A DNA stretch of 62,991 bases, filler included, from Deltaproteobacteria bacterium (lineage in GTDB: Bacteria; JAEEML01): NCBI GenBank assembly GCA_016283195.1. It is 3 parts of 3 records of this genome, joined end to end, with 100 filler letters (N's around TTAATTAATTAA, not from the genome) between each part and the next. Parts side by side here need not be neighbours in the genome. Positions count along the whole stretch, not along the records: positions 1 to 31,823 come from JAEEML010000091.1; 2 more parts are not named here. The stretch is one strand, 5' to 3'. Both the position numbers and the translations under genes were made by a program. A model generated the notes under the pieces. The model was not told the DNA's origin. It saw only the letters and a list, made by a program, of their open reading frames with translations, and ran no database searches. Each line of letters opens with the position of its first letter. The stretch's first letter is position 1. Positions 1 through 9,145 of this stretch are shown here, one piece after another.

Positions 1-2
1 GC

Positions 3-320
3 GGCAATGATTAAATCGGAAATAACGATGGTAGTCGGTATATCGATACTTAACTTGCCGATAGTGACTTTGGTGCCTAAAAGACCGCTTAAAAAGTCAC
101 TGCCCATAACCCGTAGGCGTTCGTCTGTAAAGATAAAAAGCCGGGCCAGTACCAAGGCCAGGATGATGAAGGCAAAAAGGTAAACAGGTATCCGCCAGGT
201 GATGCTCCACAAGCGGGAAATAAGACTACGCCTGGGCTTTTCCTGTTTTTTTTGGGGTTCTTCGGGCGGCTCTGTTTCTGCGCGCGCCTCTTTGCTTACC
301 TTCTCATCACTGGAGCTCAT
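3..320 (-). CDS. Partial membrane-anchored protein (AsmA/TamB-like N-terminus), runs off the window start
   Basis: Not in the ORF track. Manual translation from the ATG at 320 gives MSSSDEKVSKEARAETEPPEEPQKKQEKPRRSLISRLWSITWRIPVYLFAFIILALVLARLFIFTDERLRVMGSDFLSGLLGTKVTIGKLSIDIP..., i.e. a charged N-terminus, one TM helix and then a beta-rich segment, with no stop before the edge. Confidence 0.6.
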   Translation of the reverse strand, partial: MSSSDEKVSKEARAETEPPEEPQKKQEKPRRSLISRLWSITWRIPVYLFAFIILALVLARLFIFTDERLRVMGSDFLSGLLGTKVTIGKLSIDIPTTIVISDLIIA

Positions 321-363
321 TACCGAGGCGCCTCAATTCTGGTTGCTTTCCGAATTGTTACGG

Positions 364-828
364 TTAGTGGCTTTTTTGAGCCGCAGCCACTTCTTTAATG
401 GCTTTGATGATTTTTACATAACCGGTGCAGCGGCAAAGATTGCCATCAAGAGCACGTTTAATCTCTTCTTCCGTCGGGTCGCTGTTGGTTTCCAAAAGGG
501 CTTTGGTGGCCAGAAGCATGCCGGGAGTGCAATAGCCGCATTGTACAGCACCGTTATTAACAAAAATCTTTTGCATTTCGCTTGGTTCGTTTACAGAACC
601 AAGGCCTTCGACAGTAAATATTTCATGCCCTTCGGCCTGGGCGGCAAAAGTCATGCAGGAGAGAATCGGCCGCCCGTCCATCAGCACGGTGCAGGCCCCG
701 CAAGTACCGTGGCCGCAACCTTTTTTGGCGCCTTTGTAACCATTTCTTCTAAGGACATCTAAAAGCAAATCGCCGGCTTCGGCTTCGAGTGTTTTGGGCT
801 CGCCGTTAATAATCATGTTTACTTGCAT
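364..828 (-). CDS. (2Fe-2S)-binding small subunit, CoxS/CutS/XdhC family
   Basis: GAKKGCGHGTCGACTV, QCGYCTPG and GNLCRCTGY motifs. Start reassigned to ATG 828 (AAGGAG RBS upstream). Confidence 0.93.
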   Translation of the reverse strand: MQVNMIINGEPKTLEAEAGDLLLDVLRRNGYKGAKKGCGHGTCGACTVLMDGRPILSCMTFAAQAEGHEIFTVEGLGSVNEPSEMQKIFVNNGAVQCGYCTPGMLLATKALLETNSDPTEEEIKRALDGNLCRCTGYVKIIKAIKEVAAAQKSH

Positions 829-844
829 GGTGCGCTCCTTCTTC

Positions 845-1696
845 TTACTTGGCAAGGCCGGCCAAGGCGGTGCTTAAAGCTCTCCGGCAGAGAACGGTAA
901 CCATTTCTTGTTTGTAACCGGTACTGGCTCGCGGGTCGCTGGAAATAATTAAATCCTTGGCAGCTTTGGCGCTCAAGAGGTCTATATCTATATCGTCTAT
1001 AGCTTTGTCAAGCATCATGCCTGAGGGCTGAGTGACTAGGACCGGGCGCGTTTTTATGGAACCAACAACAATGTGTGAGCTGGTGATAATGCCCTTGTCC
1101 TGAGTTAGAAAAACGGCTACCGAAAGCAGCGGATAATCGGTAACGGTGCGGCGAATTTGCTCATAACCGAAGGCGGCCTGGCCGGCCTCGTAGTTGGGAT
1201 ACTCGATTTGAGTGATAATTTCGCCATCGCGAATAATGCGGCTACTGCTCTGACTAAAGAATTTAGTAGCTTTTATGCGCCGGCGGCTGCTGAGAGAACG
1301 CAGATGAACGGTAGCGTCCATAGCTAAAAGGGCCAGCGGCATTTCTGACCAGGCATAACATTGGGCCACATTGCCGCCCAAAGTGATCATATTGCGCAGC
1401 GGGGTGGTGGCCACATGAGCGGCAACCTCAGCTAAAAAAGCGCCGCCAACGCCCGGAAGAGCTTTAGGTGACATATCGGCCATGCGAGTCATTGAGCCGA
1501 TTAAGGTGCTAGCCGGTGCCACGCGTACAAAACTCAAATTTGCCGCACTTAAATCAATAATGTGCGGAGGTAATTTGTCTTTGCGTAGGGCTAGGGTTGT
1601 TGCTCCTCCTACCACGACACACTGGCCGGCGTAGGTGTTAAGCAATTTCAGTGTTTGTGCTACACTCTGCGGATGATGCCAAGTACTTTGAGCCAT
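845..1696 (-). CDS. FAD-binding medium subunit, CoxM/CutM/XdhB family
   Basis: HHPQSVAQTLKLL, VVGGAT, IGSMT, LRNMITLGGN and DPRASTGYK motifs. ATG 1696 is preceded by GGAGG. Confidence 0.88.
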   Translation of the reverse strand: MAQSTWHHPQSVAQTLKLLNTYAGQCVVVGGATTLALRKDKLPPHIIDLSAANLSFVRVAPASTLIGSMTRMADMSPKALPGVGGAFLAEVAAHVATTPLRNMITLGGNVAQCYAWSEMPLALLAMDATVHLRSLSSRRRIKATKFFSQSSSRIIRDGEIITQIEYPNYEAGQAAFGYEQIRRTVTDYPLLSVAVFLTQDKGIITSSHIVVGSIKTRPVLVTQPSGMMLDKAIDDIDIDLLSAKAAKDLIISSDPRASTGYKQEMVTVLCRRALSTALAGLAK

Positions 1697-1873
1697 AGTA
1701 CCTCCCAAGTTGACGACCTGTAGCCGAAATGGCTTTAGGTCACACGGCTTTTGCAAATTACTAACAGGGCGGGGCTCAGTTGGCAATAGTTAAAAAATTT
1801 AATTGCTTAAATAGATTAGTAGTGATTGCATAGAAAACAGGGGAGGGTTCCGTTTACGGAACAGAATTTACTC

Positions 1874-2680
1874 ATGGAAAACCTACTTGGCGAAGCAGCG
1901 GATTTGTTAAAAAAATCAAAGAATATTGTGCTGTTTACCGGTGCCGGTATGAGCCAGGAAAGCGGTATTCCCACTTTTCGCGATAAGGATGGTCTTTGGA
2001 ATCGCTATGCCCCGGAGCAGTTTGGTACAGTCGATAGTTTAAAGGCTACTGCCCTGAAAACTCCGGAAAAAGTGCTCTCTTTCATTGAGGAAAATGTAAA
2101 TGTTTTTCTAAAAGCCACCCCTAATGCCGGTCATTTGGCAATTGCCAACCTAGCTAAAAACGGCCATGAAGTTACTGTTTTAACGCAAAATATCGATGAT
2201 CTTCACGAGCGAGCCGGTAGTGCTGTAGTGCATAAATTGCATGGTGATTTATTTACTTTTCGCTGTTCAAAGTGTGGGGCCATAGCTAATGACATGAGTA
2301 ATTATCTCACTGAATTAAAAGATAAAATAGCAGCAGTAAAAGAAAAAGGGCAGGCTCTTTGTGCTGCCGATTTGGTATCTTTTTTGCCCAAATGCTCTTG
2401 TGGCGCTTTAATGCGGCCCGATGTGGTGCTCTTCGGTGAAAGTTTGCCGGAGCTCCCTTGGAACGCGGCCCGAGAAGCGCTGGTGCGCGCGCATTGCCTG
2501 GTGGTTGTAGGCACAAGCGCCGAGGTTTATCCGGCTTCAACGCTACCTAAACTGGCTTTTCAGATGGAGGTACCTATTATTGAGATTAATCCCCGCCCGG
2601 TGCTAAAACACAATGCGGTGACTATAGCTATGCGGGCGGCCGAGGCTTTTACCAAACTGGCCTCAAAAATGGGTATGTAA
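1874..2680 (+). CDS. cobB: NAD-dependent protein deacylase, Sir2/CobB family
   Basis: GAGMSQESGIPTFR, TQNIDDLH, HG, Zn-binding CSKC...CSC, RPDVVLFGE and VGTS motifs. Confidence 0.92.
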   Translation: MENLLGEAADLLKKSKNIVLFTGAGMSQESGIPTFRDKDGLWNRYAPEQFGTVDSLKATALKTPEKVLSFIEENVNVFLKATPNAGHLAIANLAKNGHEVTVLTQNIDDLHERAGSAVVHKLHGDLFTFRCSKCGAIANDMSNYLTELKDKIAAVKEKGQALCAADLVSFLPKCSCGALMRPDVVLFGESLPELPWNAAREALVRAHCLVVVGTSAEVYPASTLPKLAFQMEVPIIEINPRPVLKHNAVTIAMRAAEAFTKLASKMGM

Positions 2681-2681
2681 T

Positions 2682-4070
2682 ATGGCACAGTATAGACTTC
2701 TTTTAGTAGATGCTGATCCTCTGGCTTTGCAGACCATTTACGGTATTTTGGGCGGTAATATGGATTTGGAGCTGCGTTCGGCTTCTTCTGGGGCGAAAGC
2801 TCTGGAGCTGACGGACGAATTGCCCTTTGATTGTATCCTCATCAGTATGGAATTACCTGATGAGAGCGGTATTGCCCTTTGCCAAGAACTTAGAAATCGC
2901 TCTTCTACTAAAGCTGTTCCGGTAGTTATAATCAGCCTTATTAATTCCGAAGCCAATATTGAGGCCTCTTTTAAAGCTGGAGCTACAGCGTATCTCACCA
3001 GTTATGAGCTTGGTACCCGCCTTTTGGATGTCGTGCAGAATATCCTCAAAAAACAGGATATGCGCCAGGGGCGGACTATCCTGGTGGTTGATGATGCCCC
3101 CAGCGTTTGCGACATTGTGGAAGAAGCGCTTACTCTCACCGGTTTTACAGTGATAAAGGCCTATAACGGGCGCGAGGCGCTTAAAGCACTCGAAAGCGTT
3201 ACACCAGATTTAATTATTTCCGATATTGTCATGCCGGAGATTGACGGCATTACTTTGCTCAAGACTGTGCGCTCCTGGCCGGAAAAGGCCGCTATTCCCT
3301 TTATGGCTATGAGTGCCTTTTCCGAGCGCAGTTATTTGCTCCGCATGCAGCACATGGGGGTGGAAGCCTACATGGTGAAGCCCTTTAATATGGATCACTT
3401 GGTTATGCAAGTGGAGCAGATATTGGCTAATAATTACAATATGTTGCTTAAAAAGCGTGAGTTTTTGGAACGTGAGCGCGGGTTGCTCCTTGGTACCATC
3501 ACCAGTTTGGTTGCCGCTTTGGAAGCGCGCGATCCTTATACTCACGGCCACTCGGAGAATGTGGCGAATATTGTTTCGCAAATGGTAAAAATAGCCGGTG
3601 GTAGTGAGGCCGATGTGGAAGCGGCTTATCTGGGCGGACGTCTGCATGATATCGGCAAAATCGGTATTCCCGATGCCATTCTTTTGAAACCTGGCCCGTT
3701 AAATAGCGATGAAATGCAGCTTATTCAGCAGCATCCGGTAATTGGCGCGCATATTTTGGAGCCTATCAGCTCGCTGGCCGGTATTATTTCCATAGTCCTT
3801 TATCATCATGAGCGTTATGACGGCACCGGCTACCCCAACAGATTAAAAGGCAAGGAAATACCTCTTTGGGCCAGAATGACGGCGGTTGCCGATGTTTATG
3901 ATGCTTTAAGCAGCGACCGGCCTTACCGGCCATCTATGAGCATTGAGCAAACTATGTCGGTTATAACCTCTATTCGCGGCAGTCATTTGTGCCCTGAATG
4001 TACCGATATTTTTATGGAATGGGTAAAGCAACAGGAGTTTTTTAAAGGCGATATTAAAAAAACAGAATAA
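2682..4070 (+). CDS. Response regulator with two REC domains and an HD-GYP c-di-GMP phosphodiesterase domain
   Basis: Two receiver folds, then DPYTHGHS, HDIGKIG, HHERYDGTGYP and VADVYDAL. Confidence 0.92.
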   Translation: MAQYRLLLVDADPLALQTIYGILGGNMDLELRSASSGAKALELTDELPFDCILISMELPDESGIALCQELRNRSSTKAVPVVIISLINSEANIEASFKAGATAYLTSYELGTRLLDVVQNILKKQDMRQGRTILVVDDAPSVCDIVEEALTLTGFTVIKAYNGREALKALESVTPDLIISDIVMPEIDGITLLKTVRSWPEKAAIPFMAMSAFSERSYLLRMQHMGVEAYMVKPFNMDHLVMQVEQILANNYNMLLKKREFLERERGLLLGTITSLVAALEARDPYTHGHSENVANIVSQMVKIAGGSEADVEAAYLGGRLHDIGKIGIPDAILLKPGPLNSDEMQLIQQHPVIGAHILEPISSLAGIISIVLYHHERYDGTGYPNRLKGKEIPLWARMTAVADVYDALSSDRPYRPSMSIEQTMSVITSIRGSHLCPECTDIFMEWVKQQEFFKGDIKKTE

Positions 4071-4150
4071 AAGATTATTTTCAAAAACTCTTTATCGCTG
4101 TAAAGTTAAAAGGCATTTGTTCCGTTAATGCGGAACGGGAGGAGATTGCA

Positions 4151-6025
4151 ATGAAGCAAATTAAAGGTTTTATATGGCTGACTTTAGTAGGTGTAGCCAT
4201 GGTTATGTCAACCGGGTGTAAAGAAAACCCGATTGGCAATTCGGAATGTGTTCCGACTGCCATGAGCTGTACCGATGGCGTCGATAATGATTGTGATGGT
4301 TTTATTGATTGCAACGATATAGATTGCGCCGGTGATGCGACTTGTAACAAAACTCCGGCACCGGTTGATAAATGTAAAGAAGTTAAATGCAATCCCGGCT
4401 GGCATTGCGATGATAAGTCCGGCGATTGTGTCAAAGATGCCTCTACTGACAGCAATAGTGATGCCGATACCGATAAACCGGGCCCCGGGCCGGTGGACCT
4501 TTGTGAGGGTGTTAAGTGTGACCCCGGTGAGGAATGCAGCAAAATAGACGGTAATTGTTATGGTGAGAGTGACAAATGTAAAAATGTTGATTGTGATGAT
4601 GAAAATGCTTCTTGTGACCCACAAAACGGCGAATGTGCCTGCCATAATGATTTTGTGAAAGAGGGCGGAATTTGCATTCACAGCAAAGAAGTGCCTTGCA
4701 ATGCCAATGCTATTCCGGAACATGCCGAGTCCATTTCCGCCAATGTGACAATTAATTATACCACTGAAGATGGTTGGGAAGCTGCCGCTGCCTGTAAATG
4801 GCAATGTGCCGACGGTTATAAGAAAAAAGGTGATTCTTGCGTACTTCCTTCCGGTTCCGAATGTAAAGATATTGATGGCAAATCTTATCACCGTGAAGGT
4901 GAAGATTGCGTGCGCGATATTTATTTTGTGAATGGCAACGCCGGCGCTGTGGTCTTGGAGCCGGAAGAAGGTCATCCCGGGGAGGCTCTGGCTGTGCGCG
5001 GTACTTTTACCAATACCACCGCGTATCCCGTAGATGAACGCAAAGATGGCCGCTGCCCCGGCGTGAAAGCTCAGCTCTGCTATGAAGCCGACGGCCAGGC
5101 CGGTAGCGCTAACTCATTTGCAAGCCTTACTTGCGTTGATGCCGCTTATGAAAAAGATGATGCCAGCTTGCATGATGTTTATGTTGCCAATGTCACCTTT
5201 AATCAAAAAGGTAAATATATGGTGATGTACAAATGGTCCGGCGATGGCGGTATTAACTGGTATTACACTGATACCGTTTCCGTGCGCCCCAGCTGGGAAA
5301 AAGTGCGGGAAAACATCGGCGCCGCCGCTTATGCCAATATTGTAGATAAAGTGAGTAATATCGGCATTCTTTATGAAAATGATTTTGATAGCCTTGGCAA
5401 AACTCAAGGCAAGCTCACCAATATTGACGCCATGGCCGGCTGGTTTGCTACAGCTTGGAAAATGGAAGATGACGAAAAAGTTTGGATTGATTGGGGCGGC
5501 AGCAAATCATACAATCCTTCATACGGTAACAGCACCAACGGCGGCCTCTATAATTACGGCTCCCAAAATGCCACCGACCGCGCTCTGGGGACACTGGCCT
5601 CTAATAGCGACAATGATATGTCTCTTTACCTGGTACTTAAAAATGATTCCGATGCCGCTCTTTCTAAAATCACCGTTTCTTATACCGGTGAACAATGGCG
5701 GCGTTCGGCCAATAAAGATGAAGCTGGTGTGCTGCATTTCTCTTATGCCGTGCTTGATAGTGAGCCTGCAAGTTATGAAGATGTTTATGACGTAGCAACC
5801 ACCGATGTGGCATCTTTGGATTTCAATGCTCCTCAAGGTAAAGCCACTGGTTCACAAAGTGATGAGCTTGATGGCAATCTTGAGGCCAACAGAGTGTCAA
5901 TCTCCGCCAGCTTTAATGTGGCTGTGCCTGTTGATTCTTATATTATGCTCAAATGGCTCGACCCGCGTGAAATCGGCGCTAATTCCAGCCTTGGCATCGA
6001 CGACCTCACCGTAAAAGGCGAATAA
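4151..6025 (+). CDS. Secreted Cys-rich modular lipoprotein (DNDCDG motif, EGF-like repeats, C-terminal beta-sandwich domains)
   Basis: GGAG RBS, lipobox STGC, CTDGVDNDCDGFIDCNDIDC, repeated DxCxxVxC modules and a C-terminal DRALG...YTGEQWR...LGIDD domain. Confidence 0.75.
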   Translation: MKQIKGFIWLTLVGVAMVMSTGCKENPIGNSECVPTAMSCTDGVDNDCDGFIDCNDIDCAGDATCNKTPAPVDKCKEVKCNPGWHCDDKSGDCVKDASTDSNSDADTDKPGPGPVDLCEGVKCDPGEECSKIDGNCYGESDKCKNVDCDDENASCDPQNGECACHNDFVKEGGICIHSKEVPCNANAIPEHAESISANVTINYTTEDGWEAAAACKWQCADGYKKKGDSCVLPSGSECKDIDGKSYHREGEDCVRDIYFVNGNAGAVVLEPEEGHPGEALAVRGTFTNTTAYPVDERKDGRCPGVKAQLCYEADGQAGSANSFASLTCVDAAYEKDDASLHDVYVANVTFNQKGKYMVMYKWSGDGGINWYYTDTVSVRPSWEKVRENIGAAAYANIVDKVSNIGILYENDFDSLGKTQGKLTNIDAMAGWFATAWKMEDDEKVWIDWGGSKSYNPSYGNSTNGGLYNYGSQNATDRALGTLASNSDNDMSLYLVLKNDSDAALSKITVSYTGEQWRRSANKDEAGVLHFSYAVLDSEPASYEDVYDVATTDVASLDFNAPQGKATGSQSDELDGNLEANRVSISASFNVAVPVDSYIMLKWLDPREIGANSSLGIDDLTVKGE

Positions 6026-6049
6026 GCCCCAATTTTTCTAAAACTGCTC

Positions 6050-6077
6050 TTGACGATAAAAAAGCGTTCGCTATATT
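6050..6077 (+). promoter_or_regulatory. Candidate sigma70 promoter for the pgk-tpiA-glycosyltransferase operon
   Basis: TTGACG-N16-TATATT, about 50 nt upstream of the pgk ATG. Confidence 0.45.
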
Positions 6078-6129
6078 GCACTAGCGGGAATGCGTAGGAT
6101 TTTCCCTCTAATTTGTCTGCGAGGTTTTG

Positions 6130-7344
6130 ATGAAAGCTCTTGCCGATCTTAATCTGGAAAATAAAGCCACCTTTTTGCGCCTCGACCTTAATGTGCCGAT
6201 TGCCAGCCGCGGTGAGGTGCGCGACGATTTTAAGATAGAGAACGCTCTGCCTACCATAAAGGCTGTGTTGGCTAAAGGTGCGCGCCTGGCTATTGGTGCC
6301 CATTTGGGGCGGCCGCACGGAGCGGTGGAAGAGCGGCTGAGCTTAGCCGGCATTGGCACTGCTTTGGCCGAAGCTCTCAATATGGATGTTATTTTGGCTG
6401 AGGATTGTGTGGGCGATGGTGTTAAAGGCCTTTTGCGCCAATTAAAGCCCGGCTCGCTTATTTTACTGGAAAATTTGCGCTTTAATTCCGGCGAAGTAGC
6501 CAATGACGAAGATTTTGCCAAAGAATTAGCTGCTCCTTTTGAGGCCTATATTTGTGATGCTTTTGCCGCCAGCCACCGGCGCCATGCCTCCTTGGTGAGT
6601 ATGAGCGAATATTTTCAGGATAAATGTCTGGGTCCGGCTTGCCAGGCTGAGCTCGCTAAAGTGCGCGAATTCTTTGCCGAAGATGAGGACGAAGAAGAGG
6701 ATGTGCCCTTTGGTGTGGTGATTGGTGGGCGCTCCTATGCCGAAAAAGCCCCGCTTTTGCAAGGTATGCTTGACTATGCCAAAGTAATTCTGGTGGGCGG
6801 CGGTGTGGCTAATACGCTTTTAGCGGCTAAAGGTGTGGAAACCGGCCGCAGCAAAGTAGAAAAGAATATGCTGGGAATAGCCCGCTCATTTTTGCGTAAT
6901 GCCGAAGTGCGCGGCGTGGATGTAGTGCTGCCTGTCGATCATCAACTAGTAAATAAGTATTCCGCGCTGGAGCCGCTTAGGGCCTCAAAAGGGCAAAATG
7001 TGGAAGAAGGCACTTTTGCCGTGGATATCGGCCCGGTGAGTGTGGCTATATTTAAAGAGCGCCTGACCGAGGTAAAGCGTGCGCTTTTTTGTGGCCCGCT
7101 CGGTGTCTCCGAATGGGAAAACACCAGCGCTGGTAGCAAGGAGGTGGCGCGCTCACTTATTAAAAATAAAATTCCCACTATTTTTGGCGGCGGTGAACTT
7201 TTGGCCCAGCTTTCTTCTACGGCCATGCCGCGCCACTTTATGAAGTGCACTGCCGGTAGTGCCTTGCTTACTTATTTAACCGAGGGTGATCTCCCTGCTT
7301 TGAAACAATTTGCTGACCATGAGCCCAATGCTTTGGTCTCGTAG
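6130..7344 (+). CDS. pgk: Phosphoglycerate kinase homolog with divergent nucleotide-binding motifs
   Basis: RLDLNVP, HLGRP, LLENLRF, DAF..SHR.HAS, GGGVANT and DIGP motifs; lies directly upstream of tpiA. Confidence 0.85.
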   Translation: MKALADLNLENKATFLRLDLNVPIASRGEVRDDFKIENALPTIKAVLAKGARLAIGAHLGRPHGAVEERLSLAGIGTALAEALNMDVILAEDCVGDGVKGLLRQLKPGSLILLENLRFNSGEVANDEDFAKELAAPFEAYICDAFAASHRRHASLVSMSEYFQDKCLGPACQAELAKVREFFAEDEDEEEDVPFGVVIGGRSYAEKAPLLQGMLDYAKVILVGGGVANTLLAAKGVETGRSKVEKNMLGIARSFLRNAEVRGVDVVLPVDHQLVNKYSALEPLRASKGQNVEEGTFAVDIGPVSVAIFKERLTEVKRALFCGPLGVSEWENTSAGSKEVARSLIKNKIPTIFGGGELLAQLSSTAMPRHFMKCTAGSALLTYLTEGDLPALKQFADHEPNALVS

Positions 7345-7352
7345 GAGTAATT

Positions 7353-8114
7353 ATGAAAAGAGTAAAAATTGTAGTCGGTAACTGGAAATGTCACAAAACC
7401 CCCAGCGAATCAGTGGAATTCGTTAAAGAATTAAAGAGCCGCCTTCAAGGGCATACAGGCTGCGAAGTGGGCGTTGGCCCCACTTTTACCGCTCTTTATC
7501 CGGTGGGCAAAGAGTTAAGCGGCAGTAATATTGCCCTCTGCTCGCAAAATATCTTTTGGGAAAAGCAAGGCGCTTTTACCGGTGAAGTTGCTCCGGCCAT
7601 GCTGAAAGATTGCGGTGTAAAATACACCATCATTGGCCACAGTGAGCGCCGCCAGTATTTTGGCGAAACCGATGAAACAGTAAATAAACGCCTGAAAGCT
7701 TCTTTTGCTGAAGGCATGAGCGCCATTGTTTGCATTGGTGAAACTTTGGCCCAGCGCGAAGCCGGCAAGACCAATGAAGTGCTTTCTACCCAATTAAAGG
7801 GCGCTTTGGCCGATATTTCCGGCGCTGATATGGTTTCCCGCCTGGTTATCGCTTATGAGCCGGTTTGGGCTATCGGTACCGGCAAAGTGGCTACTACCGA
7901 CCAAGTGCGCGAAGCTCATGCCCATATCAGAGCAGTGTTAAATGAGCTTTTAACTCCGGAACTGGGCGAGACAGTGCGCATTCAATATGGCGGCAGTGTG
8001 AAGCCGGAAAACGCCACCGAAATTTTTGCTGTAGAAAATGTTGACGGCGGCCTGATTGGCGGTGCCGCTCTTAAAGCCGATAGCTTTATGGCCATTATTA
8101 ATGCGGCTAAATAA
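7353..8114 (+). CDS. tpiA: Triosephosphate isomerase
   Basis: GNWK, GAFTGE, IGHSERR, AYEPVWAIGTG, YGGSV and GGLIGGA motifs. Confidence 0.97.
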   Translation: MKRVKIVVGNWKCHKTPSESVEFVKELKSRLQGHTGCEVGVGPTFTALYPVGKELSGSNIALCSQNIFWEKQGAFTGEVAPAMLKDCGVKYTIIGHSERRQYFGETDETVNKRLKASFAEGMSAIVCIGETLAQREAGKTNEVLSTQLKGALADISGADMVSRLVIAYEPVWAIGTGKVATTDQVREAHAHIRAVLNELLTPELGETVRIQYGGSVKPENATEIFAVENVDGGLIGGAALKADSFMAIINAAK

Positions 8115-8122
8115 GCATTTTT

Positions 8123-9145
8123 ATGCCTCTTTCTCCCGCTCGTATTCTCATTATTCGCTTTAGTTCTCTGGGTGATATTATTCAGCTTTCGGCTCTGGCC
8201 GGCTATTTGCGTGAGCTTTACCCTGAGGCCCAGATTCACTGGCTTACCAAGGCCGCTTATGTGCCTATTGTGGCCGCTATTCCGCCTGTTGACAAAGTTA
8301 TAGCTTATGAGCCGGCCGGCGGGCTTAAGGGCTTAATCAGCTTGGCGCATAATCTCAGGCGCACTTATCATTATGACCTGGTGCTGGATATGCATAATGT
8401 TATGCGCAGCCTGGTGGCCCGCCTCTTTGTGGGCGGTAAGAAGCGCCTTGTCTATCATAAGCCCTATTTTAAGCGCTTCCTGCTTTTTCATTTTCATAAA
8501 GATATTTTTCCCAAAGATTTTCATGTAATAGATGATTATTGCCGGGTGCTTGGCGAGATTTCTCCCACTGTGCGCGAAGGAACTAATTTGCGCCCGCCGG
8601 CTGCGGCTTTGGCGGCTACAAAAGAGTGGAGCAGGGCTTTGGGCGAAAAGCCCATTATAGCTCTTATTACCGGGGCGGCCTGGCCGCTAAAGTGTTTGCC
8701 GCTGCCTCTTTGGGAAAAGCTGATAAAAAGCCTTTTAGAGCGCTTTCCCTGTGAGATTATGCTTATTGGCGGCAAGGGCGATGATGCGGCGCAAAAGCTC
8801 TTAAAAGCGGCCAGAAGCCCATTTTGCCACCTTGTGCCGGATTTTTCGCTCCCGGAGATGCTGGCCGTTTTGAGCCGCGCCAAAGTGGCTATCGGCAATG
8901 ATACCGGCTTTACCCATGCGGCCGAGGCTCTTGGAGTGAATACCATATTTTTACTGGGCCCCACCGGCCGGCAGGGCGGCGGCTACCCGGCCAAAGCGGC
9001 AAATAGCGCTATTGAGCTTAATTTGCCCTGCCGCCCCTGCTCGCAAAAGGGAGACAGAAAATGCCGCTACGAGCGGCCGGAGTGTTTTTACCAAATGGAT
9101 ATGGAGGAAATAATTGCCAAAGTCGCCACTTACCTCGGCCGATAA
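8123..9145 (+). CDS. Glycosyltransferase family 9 (LPS heptosyltransferase-like)
   Basis: ILIIRFSSLGDII, GAAWPLK, GNDTGFTHAAEALG and CRPCS motifs. Confidence 0.88.
   Translation: MPLSPARILIIRFSSLGDIIQLSALAGYLRELYPEAQIHWLTKAAYVPIVAAIPPVDKVIAYEPAGGLKGLISLAHNLRRTYHYDLVLDMHNVMRSLVARLFVGGKKRLVYHKPYFKRFLLFHFHKDIFPKDFHVIDDYCRVLGEISPTVREGTNLRPPAAALAATKEWSRALGEKPIIALITGAAWPLKCLPLPLWEKLIKSLLERFPCEIMLIGGKGDDAAQKLLKAARSPFCHLVPDFSLPEMLAVLSRAKVAIGNDTGFTHAAEALGVNTIFLLGPTGRQGGGYPAKAANSAIELNLPCRPCSQKGDRKCRYERPECFYQMDMEEIIAKVATYLGR

Noticed and set aside
199-762. 187-aa plus-strand ORF and the many other antisense or overlapping ORFs in the track (e.g. 4208-4975, 35221-35874, 36706-37521)
   Set aside because: These are shadows of well-supported genes on the opposite strand or in another frame, with no recognisable motifs of their own.
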